From the NCBI RefSeq assembly GCF_004010195.1, contig NC_057711.1, forward strand, positions 79,826,361 to 79,890,360: a DNA stretch of 64,000 nucleotides, read 5' to 3'. The position numbers and the translations under genes were made by a program. The notes under the pieces are model-generated. The model was not told the DNA's origin. It was given only the letters and a program-made list of their open reading frames with translations, and searched no databases. Source of the DNA: Chiloscyllium plagiosum. Taxonomy: Eukaryota. Shown here piece after piece: positions 26,256 through 37,700 of this stretch; position 1 is the first letter of the stretch; every line of letters begins with the position of its first letter.

Positions 26256-27020
26256 AAAAAGTGAAGACTGCAGATGCTGGAGATCAGAGTCGAGAGTGTG
26301 GTGTTGGAAAAACACAGCAGGTCAGATAGCATCCAATGAGCAGGTGAGTCAACGTTGCAGGCAAGAGCCCTTAATCAGGAATGAGGCATGTGAGCCGAGG
26401 AGGTAGAGAGATAAATGGGAAGGGGGTGGGGCTTGTGGAAAGGTAGCTGAGTACAATAGGTAGATGGAGGTGGGGGTAATGGTGTTGGTCAGAGAGGAGG
26501 ATGGAGCGGATAGGTAGGGAGGAAGATGGATAGGTAAGACAGGTCATGAGGGCGGTGCTGAATTGGAGGGTTGGAACTGGAATAAGATGGGGAGAGGGGA
26601 AATGAAGAAACTAGTGAAGTCCATACTGATGCTGTGTGGTTGGAGGGCCCCAAGGCGGAAGATGAGGCATTCTTCCGCCTGGCATTGGATGGTTATGGTG
26701 TGGCGATGGAGGAGGCCGAGCACCTGCATGTCCTTGGTGGAGTGGGAGGGAGAGTTGAAGTGTTCAGCCATGGGGCAGTGAGGTTGATAGGTGCTGGTGT
26801 CCCAGAGATGATGCAAGTAGTCGCCCTGCCTCCCCAATGTAGAGGAGACCACATCGGGAACAACAGGTAAAGTAAATGACATGCGTGGAAGTGCAGGTAA
26901 AACTCTGATGGATGTGGAAGGCTCCTTTGGGTTCTTGGATGGAGGTGAGGAGGAGAGGTATGGGCGCAGGTTTTGCAATTCCTGTGGTGACAGGGGAAGA
27001 TGCCGGGAGGGGAGGGGAGA
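26256..27020 (-). mobile_element. Penelope-like element, family A: GIY-YIG C-terminus plus 3' terminal repeat
   Basis: FTCTSTHVIYFTCCSRCGLLYIGEAGR and EECLIFRLGALQPH; decayed hammerhead at about 26347-26382 in the same sense as the ORF. Confidence 0.9.
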
Positions 27021-27409
27021 CCCCACTGCCTTTTGTTTTGGGTTGGTGCCCATTTCTGGCTGATCTTTTGTCCATATTTCAGTACGCTGCTGTACCTGCC
27101 ACACAAATTTTCTCTTTCCCTCCTCGACCACAAGATTTACTTCACTGCTGAAGTAGATCTCTCTTTTAGGTTTTCTGCTGACTTTTTTGCTGCACCAGTT
27201 TTTGTCATGTGAATAGGATGTAACTCTAATCAGTCTCCCAAATATTTCTTCTTAAGTCCATTACCTTTTTTGTATAAACTCTTTACATATATCTTAGTGA
27301 AATCAAACTTTCTTCCAAAACTGCTCGAGATTCTATTCCCTTCCAATTCTCTCTAAATAATCATATGTCACTGGTATCATAATTATACATTATGCTGATG
27401 TCTCTGTAG

Positions 27410-27622
27410 TGTATAATTGGAAGAATTATCCATGCTGCTCTGGCTAATATTCACCACCCATTCACATCAAAAATAGATGTTCTTACTGGTATTTGTATGT
27501 ATTTGCTGTGTGCAAATTATCAGTATTGTTTCTTACATTACAGCAGTAAGAATAGTTCATTGGATATAAAATACTTTAGGATAGCCTGTGGTAATGGTGC
27601 TATTTAAATGCAAGATTTTCTT
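27410..27622 (+). mobile_element. DeuSINE-like 3' half
   Basis: ttgctgtgtgcaaatt...tttcttacattacagcagt...gtgctatttaaatgcaag; related sequence at 45690-45815. Confidence 0.55.
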
Positions 27623-27809
27623 AACAATGATAATTAAATAACTAATTTGCCGTTCCCTTGTGATTGGTCTCCTCTCTGTTTAAAACCATAAATGGATGTG
27701 AGGAGATTGGATTCTGGCTTCAGAATTATGGAATTTTAACTCCTGATATGAAATCAACTCTCTTGCTACTGTTTTTTGATGCTTAACCTTTTTGTAATAT
27801 GAAAAGCAG

Positions 27810-27988
27810 AATTCCTGCAATTGAATAGAACTCCCTCCCTTACAGCGCTGTTGGTATATGTATTTACACCAAATGGATTGCAGCAGTTTGAGAAAACAAC
27901 TCACTGTCAACTTTTCAAGGGCAACTAGGGATGGGCAATAAGTGCTAGCCAGGCAGCATCACTCACATCCCATGAATGAATAAAATAA
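27810..27988 (+). mobile_element. LINE 3' tail (CR1/L2 group) shared with a SINE family
   Basis: agggatgggcaataagtgctagcc...cacatcccatgaatgaat matches the tails at 31468-31530 (minus) and 47580-47645. Confidence 0.6.
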
Positions 27989-28514
27989 GTAGGATTGAAT
28001 GCATTAAATCTAATTAATTTAACTTCCTGATTTTCAATTCTATTTCTCTGCAAATAAACCCCAGTTCATTAATTTTCTATGTGGAATATGTGCCTGCCTT
28101 ATTCTCCCTAACAGAATGCATAATTTCACATTACTCATTGTACTTCGAGTCAGTTGGCTTAGATGGCTGGTTTGTAATGCAAAGAGCTGCTGACGGAGTG
28201 TGTTCAATTCCTGTAGTGGCTGAGATTACCATGATAGATCCTTGCTTCTCAAGTTGCCTTTTGCGTGAGGTGTGTGACCCTTAACTGTTTCACCAATTTC
28301 TCTTGCTACTAAGAGAGCAATTCTCTGGGATGATGCTGAGCTTCACCTATATCAACTTGCTATACGTATGGCAATTCTGCAATTCTTGTTATTATCTTTT
28401 ACTGCAGTCTGCCTTGTTATTAAGATGGGTCAGTTAGCCCAGTTGTTTAGATGGTTAGTGATGTTATGTGATGTAGAATGATACCAACAATGTAAATTTG
28501 CTGCTCACCCTATG

Positions 28515-29835
28515 TATGTGACAGGTACTCATGTGACTCAGCAGTAAAATCGACGTTTCAGGCAAAAGCCCTTCCCTTTATTCGTGATGAAGGGCTTTTG
28601 CCCGAAACATCGATTTTACTGCTCCTCGGATGCTGCCTGAACTGCTGTGCTCTTCCAGCACCACTAATCCAGAATCTGGTTTCCAGCATCTGCAGTCATT
28701 GTTTTTACCTACTCATGTGACTCAGCCAACATTGTCCATCACATATGTTCCAGGCAAGGATGTCTTGAGGCATGGGACGTTGGTGAGACCAAACAGACGC
28801 TATAATAACAGATGAATGCACACCACACAATAATTGTCAGACAGAAATGTTCCCTCCCAGTCGGGAAACACTTCAGCAGTCGGGGACATTTGGCCTCAGA
28901 TCTTTGGGTGACCATCCTCCAAGGTGGACTTCGGGATATGCAACAACGCAGACTAGCCCAAGTTCAGCACCCATGAGGATGGCCTCAACCAGGACCTCGT
29001 ATTCATGTCACGCTATAAGTGACCCCACTAGGCTATACACTCTCTCACATACACATACATACTCACACACTCACGCAGATTCTCTCTCACACTTACGTTC
29101 TCTCTCAGACACACACAAACACATACACCCCCCCACACTCACTCTCTCAAGTTATACTCCATCACACACATGACACACTCTACCAAACATGTACACATGC
29201 AAACACACACACTCTCACGCGTATTCACACTCAAGCACACGGGCATACACACACACCCTCACATGCATGCACACACACATACACACACAAGTCACATAAT
29301 TTGTATTTGCGGAATTGTTTTTATAGATACATTCCATTTTGCTCAAAAAGCACACAATCTGCAGGCAGTAAATGCAGGCAGTCCATCCATGTAACATTTT
29401 ATAAATTCCTACTTTGGAAATAGAACCAGTTCTGACTCAAGATTGGGATACAGACAGACTCTAACTTCATACATTTAATACATTGTCTAAGCTGAGACAT
29501 CACTTTCTTTTTATAAAACCTTAAGTTATCTCGAGAATGTGACTGGAAAGAAGTTCTGGAATTTACATATTAGTGAACCGAAACCTACAATCCATTCTAG
29601 AAGATGAAGGACTTAACAGCAATCTAGGTTTGTTCTATATATTGTTTTAATTGCATGACACTGTGATCTTTTGCTATAAATTCTGTGTCTTATGATCCTG
29701 CTCCACAGGTACCCGCTGAAGGACCAATGCGCCGAAAGCTAGTACTTCCAAATAAACCTGATGGAGTATAACCTGGTGTTGTGTGATTTTTAAACTTTGT
29801 CCACCCCATCCCAACACTGGCATCTCCACATCATG
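28515..29835 (+). mobile_element. Penelope-like element, family B: GIY-YIG remnant, CA-rich tract and 3' terminal repeat
   Basis: YSCDSANIV...GCLEAWDVGETKQTL...MNAH...SLPVGKHFS; CA-rich 29035-29290; decayed hammerhead at about 29710-29745. Confidence 0.8.
28543..28709 (+). mobile_element. Short family A PLE insert with 5' inversion, nested in the family B PLE
   Basis: 17 bp TSD tactcatgtgactcagc at 28526-28542 and 28710-28726; inverted arms 28540-28574 and 28589-28623. Confidence 0.9.
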
Positions 29836-30465
29836 ACTAGATTTATAGATCATACAGGCTTGAAACTTATCTTGCCCTGTGCTTGGGAGCAAAGCAGAGA
29901 TGACGATCTGGAGATTGTGAATATTCCAGGACCACATTTAGTTGGACCTATTGGAGACACTTCTATATGAGGAGCTGAAAAAGGGTGGGTGGGATTTGGA
30001 TCTGTACTTGTCTTCTTGGAGCAGAGACAGCTCTACCTGTGGAAGACACCTCCACGGGGTCTACTTGTATTTTCTGGGAATGGTACTAATATAATTGATA
30101 AAGGGTAGAAGATTAACTTAGTTGATTATGGCCAAATATCTAAGAATGAGGTGAAGCTGCTATTTGCAGTGAGTTCAGGTAACTTAAAACTGGAAAACAC
30201 ATCATTTATAAAGAAGTAGTGGCTACTGGGATTTTAGTCAGAATCACGAGTCAGAGAAAAGTAAACTTAAATCAACTCAAATAAAATGATAACGTAAACC
30301 AAAGGAAAATAAAGCTAGTCTAACTAAAGTTGATTTGTTACTAATACATTTTCATAGTGTGCTTATACTTGTTGAGGGTAACAAATAATTTTAAGAGTTA
30401 TGGATGGCAGGTCAGCTGGGCCACATAGTGTACAAATCCAGTGGTATGTGTAAGAACACAGACAG

Positions 30466-30622
30466 GCAAAAACAATGACTGCAGATGCTGGAAATCAGAG
30501 TCTAGATTAGAGTGGTGCTGGAAAAGCACAGCAGTTCAGGCAGCATCCGAGGAGCAGTAAAATCGATGTTTCGGGCAAAAGCCCTTCATCAGGGATACAG
30601 GCAGAGAGCCTGAAGGGTGGAG
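30466..30622 (-). mobile_element. Short family A PLE terminal fragment
   Basis: Same subfamily as 28580-28709. Confidence 0.85.
30561..30597 (-). ncRNA. Minimal type I hammerhead ribozyme motif, family A, core intact
   Basis: Minus strand: CTGATGA-a-GGGC-tttt-GCCC-GAAA-c-ATC-gatt; stem I is weak. Confidence 0.65.
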
Positions 30623-30624
30623 AT

Positions 30625-31961
30625 CCAAGACACTGATAAAGAAAAATAGAAAATGAATGCAACCTACATAAAGCATTTGTAAGTAGATAAACAAGAAGTG
30701 TTTGGCTAAGGTAAATGTGGCTCCATTTAATTGTATATAGAGAAATGATAGAAAAGCTAAATCATTACTTTGTTTTTTTCCACTGAGGAAGATACAATAA
30801 ATTGCCGAAAATTGGAGATCCAAGTGACTAGGGAGAACTCGAGTTGAAGAAAATTAGTATTAGTAAGGAGGTTGTATTGAAGGAATTAATGAGACTGAGA
30901 GTTAATAGGTCTCCAGGACCTGACATTTTACATCCTTGAGTGTTGAAGGAGGTGGCTACTGAAACAGTTGATGCACTGCTGATCATCTTCCAAAATGCAA
31001 AATATTCTAGAATGATTCTGGCATATTGGAAGCTAGCAAATGTCACTCCACTATTTAGGAATTGAGTGAGAGAGAAATCAAGGAACTACAGATCCATTAG
31101 CCCTTACATCAATAGTGGGGATACTTGGATAGTAATGATCTGATTGGGCATTGCCAGCATGGATTTGTGATTGCAAAATTGTGTTTGTTGAGCTTTTTTG
31201 TATTTTCTGGGGATGGTACTAATATAATTGATAAAGAGTAGAAGATCAACTTAGTGCACTTAGATTCTGTCAAGACCTCTGATCAGGTGTGCAACAGGAG
31301 GTTGGTTAGCAAAATTAGAACACTTTAGATGGAAGGTGGTGTGCCGGAATGGATTAAGATTGACAGAAATCAGAGAGTAGTGTTAAATAGGTCATCCTCA
31401 AATTGTTAGGCAGTGACTATTGTAGTACCACAAGGATCAATACTTGGATTCATAGTATTTTTAAAAATTCATTCACAGGATGAGGTCATCATTGACGAGC
31501 CCAGCATTTATTGCCCATTCCTAACTGGCCAGAGTGCATGTAAGAGTCAACCACATTGCTGTGGGTCTGGGGTCACATGTATGCCAACTAGTTAAGGATG
31601 GCAGCTTCCTTCCTAAAGGACATTAGTGAAGCAAATGGATTGACAATGGATTCACAGTCATCATTAATTCCAGATATTTTAATGAATTCAATTTTCACTA
31701 TCTGTGATTGAAGGATTCAAACCCAGGTCCCCAGAACATTGCCTCGGTTTCTGGATTAACAGTCCAGCAATAACATCACTAGGCCATCTTCTCCTCTGGT
31801 TGTATGTGGGGACCATAATTGTGAAGGATACAAAGTTAAGTGGGAATGTGCATTGTGAGGAAAATATAAAGAGGTTTCAGGAAGATTTAAACTGGCCTAG
31901 TGTGTGGGAAAGAAAACAGCAGATACGATATGGAAAAATAAGAAGTTATCCAGTTTGGTAG
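30625..31961 (+). mobile_element. Old CR1 ORF2 fragment, left part; continues at 37333
   Basis: SPGPDILHP, VPQGSILG and DTKLSG remnants. Confidence 0.8.
31466..31797 (-). mobile_element. tRNA-derived SINE (non-HE1 family) nested in the CR1
   Basis: Minus head tggcctagtg...gggtttgaatcc; tail shared with 27940-27988; second copy at about 47310-47650 (+). Confidence 0.7.
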
Positions 31962-32582
31962 TGTCACAAAGCTGGTCCCTTTTTTCTAAAAGGTGTTCCT
32001 TTTCTCAAGAAGACTGTGTCCTTGTTTTTTTCAGAAGGGCTGTAAACCGCTCCCAGTTCTGATTAGACTGGTTTGGTACAGAGGTTAAAGGGTATTGAGA
32101 ATCCTTTTTGTTCATAAGTAAACAGATCAGACTTCAGGCCAAAGTGCTTATGTTTTAGAAGTGACCTTTATAATGAAAAGGGAGTGGTCAGTCTCTAGCT
32201 GAGCAGTTCAGTTCAAAACTAGTTAGAAGTTCAGCAGTGTGGAACCTCTCTCTCTCTTTCTGCCTTCTAACTTCACCCTCTAAGCATCTGTTTTATGTTT
32301 TACTGTTTTTAAGGGGGGTGGGGGGGTTTCTTATTGGGACTGTTGTGTATATTTGGAAACAGCATAATTAAGTCTAGTTTGGATAGACTGAGTTCTGTAG
32401 GGGTTCTTTATTCTGTTCTTTGTGCTTCATTGTGTAATTCTATCTGTTTTAAAACATAGTAGCCAACTTAGCCAGCTTACTCCGGGTAATTTTCACTGTA
32501 TACTTACCGAACTAAATTGTAAAGTTATGGTCTACGTTGCCTGCTCGAGAACGTTTTGAGTGGTCTGGCCTAGTCCATAACA
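31962..32582 (+). repeat. 5' LTR
   Basis: TG...CA termini; homologous to 36712-37328. Confidence 0.92.
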
Positions 32583-32585
32583 GAT

Positions 32586-32604
32586 TGGGGGTTTGTTGCG
32601 GGAT
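32586..32604 (+). promoter_or_regulatory. Degenerate primer-binding site, tRNA-Pro-like
   Basis: tgggggtttgttgcgggat immediately after the LTR, compared with the tRNA-Pro PBS TGGGGGCTCGTCCGGGAT. Confidence 0.6.
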
Positions 32605-32682
32605 TTTAAACAGCGAGTGCTAGGTGCTGGTGTCTTTATTTCGAGTCTTGGTTTGGTTGGGTAGGCAAAGCTTGGGATAGTA

Positions 32683-33511
32683 ATGGCTCTTTCAGTCATC
32701 AAAGGTTTTCTGGAAGTGGATGCAGTGACTTTGGAAGGTTTGCAGGAATTAGCAGAGAAGTTGGAATTGGAACTGCCTGCTTCTGTGAGGAAAGGAGAGA
32801 TAATGACAGCAGTAGCTCAGCATTTAAACTTGCTGAAGAAACCATCAGAATCTATAGAGATGGCAAGAATTCAATTACAAATTAAACAGCTTGAGTTAAA
32901 AGTGAGAGATAAGGAAAGGACAGCAGAAATGAAATAGTTTGAGTTATGATTAAAAGCAGGAGGGGGAAAAAGAGAGAGCAACAGAATAGACAGAAAAAGA
33001 GAGACCTTTTGAACTTCAAAAACTGACACTTAAAAAGGAAAGTCAGCTTAAAAGGCTGGAGATAAAGGCAGAAGGTGACCTTAGCGAGGAAGTAATGTGA
33101 ACTCATGTGGAAGAGCAGAGAGTTAAAACAGCAAGGTTAGCAGCTGAAGTGGCTGATGATTATGAGCTGGTCCATAAAACACGGTTTGGCTTCCAGAACT
33201 AATTTCAGTCCATGAGGGACAGAATTTGGAACAAAGAAAGATCCTCACATGGAAAGGGAAAGGTAGATCTCAGTGAAGATCATAAAGATAACTTACCACA
33301 GGGTAAAAAAGAAATCCTTGAGGGGGACAAAGAAGTTAAAAAGCTTTGGTGTTTTCATTATAATGAAGTGGGCCACATGAAATCACAGTGTTGGTGGGCG
33401 AGGGGAAAGCCAGCTGTAGGAAAAACAGACAAGCCTGGGAGTTTTGTTGGATTAGTAACAAAAAGCACAAGGGAAGTTAGACAACTGCCTCAGAGTGTAC
33501 AAGATGATTAG
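32683..33511 (+). pseudogene. gag remnant, internally deleted
   Basis: Coiled-coil N-terminus; THVEEQRVKTARLAAEVADDYEL; mutated zinc knuckle CFHYNEVGHMKSQC. Confidence 0.8.
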
Positions 33512-33514
33512 AGC

Positions 33515-36500
33515 TTGAACAAGGAGGAAGTGCTAGATCTGCTTAAAAAATATACGTGCAAGGGTAAAGCTTATCCACATAGGCCAGGAGTAACACACAA
33601 GTTTACAATGTATATGGACACAGGAACCTCTCAGTCTGTGATGCTGAAGGATGAGGAGATATGTATTCCTGAGGGATTATTGTCAGAAAAGGTACTGATA
33701 ACAGGAATTCATAGTGAGACAAAAAGCACAAATTATGTAAAGCGAGGCTAGAGAGTCCAGAAAAGAGTGGAGAATTTGTGGTAGGAGTGCTGGACAAACT
33801 CTCAGCTCCAGGAATACAATGTATCCTTGCAAATAATATAGCTGATTCACCAGTAGGCGTGCTGCCTACTGTAGTTGAAAAGCCAATGGAGACACAGGCA
33901 ACTGAAGAAATGAAGTGTTTTATTCAGGAATTTTCCCTGATTGTGTGGTCACAAGATCATAGAGGCACAAGTTGAAGCAGGAGAGATCAAAAAGTACAGA
34001 TAAGGAAGCTGACATAGTGTTATCCGAGACTTTTTTTTAAAAATCAGGTAAGTGGGACAGAGCAGGGCCAACTAGATAAGCATGCAAGTATCTTTAGCTC
34101 TGCTAAGCTTATTGAGTTACAGAAGAAAGATGAGAACTTAAAACAGTTGTATCAAAATATATTTACAGAAAAGGAGAATGAATGCATTCCTGTGTGTTAT
34201 TACTTAACAAATGATGTCTTAATGAGGAAATAGAGACCGTCACACACTTAAGCAGATGAGAAATAGACAGAGATTCATCAAATTGTTTTGCCAGTAGGGT
34301 ATAGAAAGGAGGCACTGCAAGTGGCGCATGAGCTACCACTTGGAAGTCATTTAGGGGTGAGGAAAACACAGGCTAAAATACAATGACATTTTTACTGGCC
34401 TGAACTACACAAGGATGTAGTTGAATTTTGCCAGACATGTCATAGATGTCAGCTCATCAGAAAACCACAGGCAATAATAAAACCTGTACCTTTATTATCT
34501 ATTCCAGCATTTGAGGAAACTTTCACAAGCATCTTGATTGATTGCGTAGGTCCCCTACCTCAAACAAAAAGTGGGAATAAGTATTTATTAACAATAATGG
34601 ATGTGTCGACTAGATTTCCAGAGGCAATCCCATTGCATAACATCACAGCCACAAGGGTTGTACAAGATCTACTTAATGTTTTTTAACTGGAAATGGACTA
34701 CCAATAGAGATCCAGTCAGATCAAGGATCAAACTTCACATCCAACTATTCAAGGAGGTTATGTATAACTTGTAAATAAAGCAATTCAAATCTACTGCATA
34801 CATTCCGGAATCAAAGGGAGCACTAGAGAGATGGCATCAAACACTAAAGACCATGTGTGGTCAGGATTATCCAGATGATTAGGATAAGGGAATTCCATTT
34901 TTCTTTTTGTGATCAAAGATTGAGTGAGGTGAACTACTTGGTAAGGACTCCAGACTGGAAGAAATTTCACAGAGTGTGTCATGTGAATATGCTCAAAAGG
35001 TATTTTGATAGGGAAGGAAAGCAAGAGGGGAAAGTGTTAATGATTACAGCATAGAAGGAAGAATCAAGTTCAGAGGATTCTGAATTGGACATTCCCCAAA
35101 TCAAACTGAACAATGAGGAAATTGTCCAAAATTGGGATGAATTATTGAGTTACCTTCCACAAGAAAATCAAAATAACCTGAAAGAGTTATTGCTATCACG
35201 TGGAGAGGTATGTGGAAATAAACTGGGAAGTACTAACCTAATTGTGCATGATGTAGAGATAGGAAATGCTGTTACCATTAAGCAACATCCTTGTAGACAT
35301 AACCCTAAAGTTGGCACAGGTTCAGAAGGAGATAGAGTGCATGCTCCAAGATGGCAAAATTGGAATGAGCTATGGTGACTGGAGCTCACCCGTAGTTATG
35401 GTGCCAAAGCCAGATGGTACCCAACGGTTGTGAGTGGACTATCGCAATGTCAACGCCGTTACAAAGACTGATGCATATCCAATTGTATGGTTGAAGGACT
35501 GTGTCAAAAACGTGGGACAAGCAACTTACATTTGTAAGTTGGACTTGCTCAGAGGCAACTAGCAAGTATTTCTGTCAGAGAGAGCAAAGGCAATTTCGAT
35601 TTTTGTACCGCCAAAGGGACTCTATCAGTTCAAAGTCATGCCATTTGGTGTGAAAAATGCTCCGGCCACATTTCAGAGATTGACTAATAAGGTCATTGCC
35701 AGATTAGCCAACTGTGTGGTGTATATTAATGACCTGGGGATTTTTAGTCACTCATGGAAGGAACATTTACAGCATTAATCAGACTTGTTCAATCAACTTC
35801 AGAAGGCAGGCTTGGTGGTAAACCTAGCTAAAAGTGAATTTGCCAAAGCACAAGTCACCTTCCTGGGCCATGTCATTGGACATGGACAAATGGCCCAATG
35901 GGATGCAAAAACAAAAGTAATTGGGGAATTTCCCATATCATCAATGAGAAAAGTAGTACTATGGTTACCGGGGTTGAGTGAATTTTACCAATAGTTTATG
36001 CCAAACCTTAGCAGTGTGGCTGCTTCACTCACCGAATTGTTAAAAAAGGCAAGAAGTTTCAGTGGACAGTGGACTGTCAAAAAGCATTTGACAGCCTAAA
36101 AACTGTGTTAACCACTGCCCCAGTATTAACCACACCAGATTACATGAAGCCTTTTAGGATGGCTATCGATGCCAGTGATGTGGGTGTGGGTGTGGGTGCG
36201 GTGCTCCTGCAGGAGGATGACGAGGGAATAGAAAAACCCATCGAGAATTTTTCCAGGAAGTTGAACATTCATCAACAGAAATATTCAATGGTGGAGAAAG
36301 TGACTTTAAGCTTGGCGTTGGCGTTGGCGTTACAACATTTGCGTGTTTATATTACCAGCAATGCATCTGAGACAATCGTATACACTGATCACAACCCATT
36401 GACATTTGTGGAAAAATTTAAGGACAAAAATGCCAGACTGTTTAGATGGAGCTTGTTGTTGCAGCCATTCAGTTTAACAATTGTGTATGTGGCAGGTCGC

Positions 36501-36527
36501 GAAAACGTGTTAATGAGACTCGAATGA
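33515..36527 (+). pseudogene. pol remnant in the order protease, integrase, RT, RNase H
   Basis: DTGTSQS (about 33615); AHELPLGSHLG...FYWPEL...CQTCHRC and LIDCVGPLP...SDQGSNF (34320-34860); MPFGVKNAPATFQR...YIND (35640-35735); DASDVG...YTDHNPL (36069-36527). Confidence 0.92.
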
Positions 36528-36711
36528 AATATGGAGGTGTTCGGTGGCAGATATGCCACGGCCTGAATTTGCATGTGGCTGTGCATGTTTGCATGTGGAT
36601 AGTTAGTATAGTGTATATGTGTGTTTTAGACTACTTACCAATTTGTTTTTGAAGGGTTTTGAAAATGAAGCCATCTTTTGCTGTCGATGGTTTTATTTTA
36701 AAGGGGTGAGA

Positions 36712-37328
36712 TGTCACAAAGCTGGCCCCATTTTTCTGAAAGCTGTTCCTTTTCTCGATACTGTGTCCTTGATTTTTTTCCAGAGGGGTCATAGTTCTCT
36801 CCCGGTTTCAATTAGACTGGTTTGGTATAGAGATTAAAGGGTATTGAGAGACCTTTTTGTTTATATGTAAAAAGGATGAGACTTCAGGCACAGGTGGTCA
36901 TGTTTTATGTAGTGAAAGGGGATTGATCAGCTCTGTAGCTGAGCAGTTCAGTACAGAACTAGATAGAGGTTCAGCTGTGTGGAAACAGTCTGTCTCTTGG
37001 TGTCTCTCCCCTAACTTAAACCTGTTCCATTTGTTCTGTTTTTTTTTAAAGGTGTTTGCTTATTGTGACTGTTGTGTATATTCAGAACAGTATAATTAAA
37101 TCTAGTTTGGATAGACTGAGTTCTGTACAGGTTCTTTAGTCTGTTCATTGTGTTTCATAGTGTAATTTTGTGAATAAATTTCTGTCTGTCTGTTTTCAAA
37201 CCTAGTAGTCAACGTGACTAACTTACTCTGGGTTATTTTCACAGTACATTTACCAAAACAAATTGCAAAGTTATGATCTGGGTTGCCTGCTCAAGAATGT
37301 TTTGAGTGGTCTAGTCTAGTCCATAACA
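36712..37328 (+). repeat. 3' LTR, preceded by a polypurine tract
   Basis: aaaggggtgaga at 36700-36711, then TGTCACAAA...CCATAACA. Confidence 0.92.
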
Positions 37329-37332
37329 GTCG

Positions 37333-37700
37333 AAGAACAGATGTGTAAAGTATTTCAAAATAGTAAGAGGTTAGAAATTGTAGATGTACAAAGGGACATG
37401 AGTGTCCTCGCCAATAAGTCACTGAATAAACTGGTACAGAAAGCTATTGGGAAGATGGATAGAATGTTAGCCCTTATTGTAAGAAAATTCAAGTACAGTA
37501 TTAGTGAAGCCTTGCTTCAGTTATGTGGAAGCTTAACTAGACTGCACTTAGAGTACTGTGTTCAGTCTCAGTCTCCGTGTATTCCAAAGAATATATTTGC
37601 CATAAAGGGAGTTCAGCAACTGTTCACCAGACTTGTTCCTGGGATGGTGAGACTGTCCTATGAAAAAAAAGGGAAAACTGTGTCTTTATTCTCTACTTGT
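37333..37700 (+). mobile_element. CR1 fragment, right part, resuming after the LTR element
   Basis: QRDMSVL...LTRLHLEYCVQ...FTRLVPGMVRLSYE; joins EVIQFG at 31943-31961. Confidence 0.85.

Larger units (their letters stand above)
31962..37328 (+). mobile_element. Two-LTR Ty3/Gypsy retrotransposon of Gmr1-like type, defective
   Basis: Two LTRs TGTCACAAA...CCATAACA; TSD gtag/gtcg; PBS and PPT present; gag-PR-INT-RT-RH remnants. Confidence 0.93.

Noticed and set aside
26544..27133. 195 aa and 146 aa minus-strand ORFs as novel genes
   Set aside because: Chimeric frames crossing a frameshifted PLE GIY-YIG remnant and flanking DNA
27030..27360. gag remnant belonging to the 24.6-26.2 kb Gypsy relic
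   Set aside because: Too decayed to show a diagnostic motif
29019..29423. His/Thr-rich ORFs
   Set aside because: Translation of a CA-rich microsatellite within a PLE
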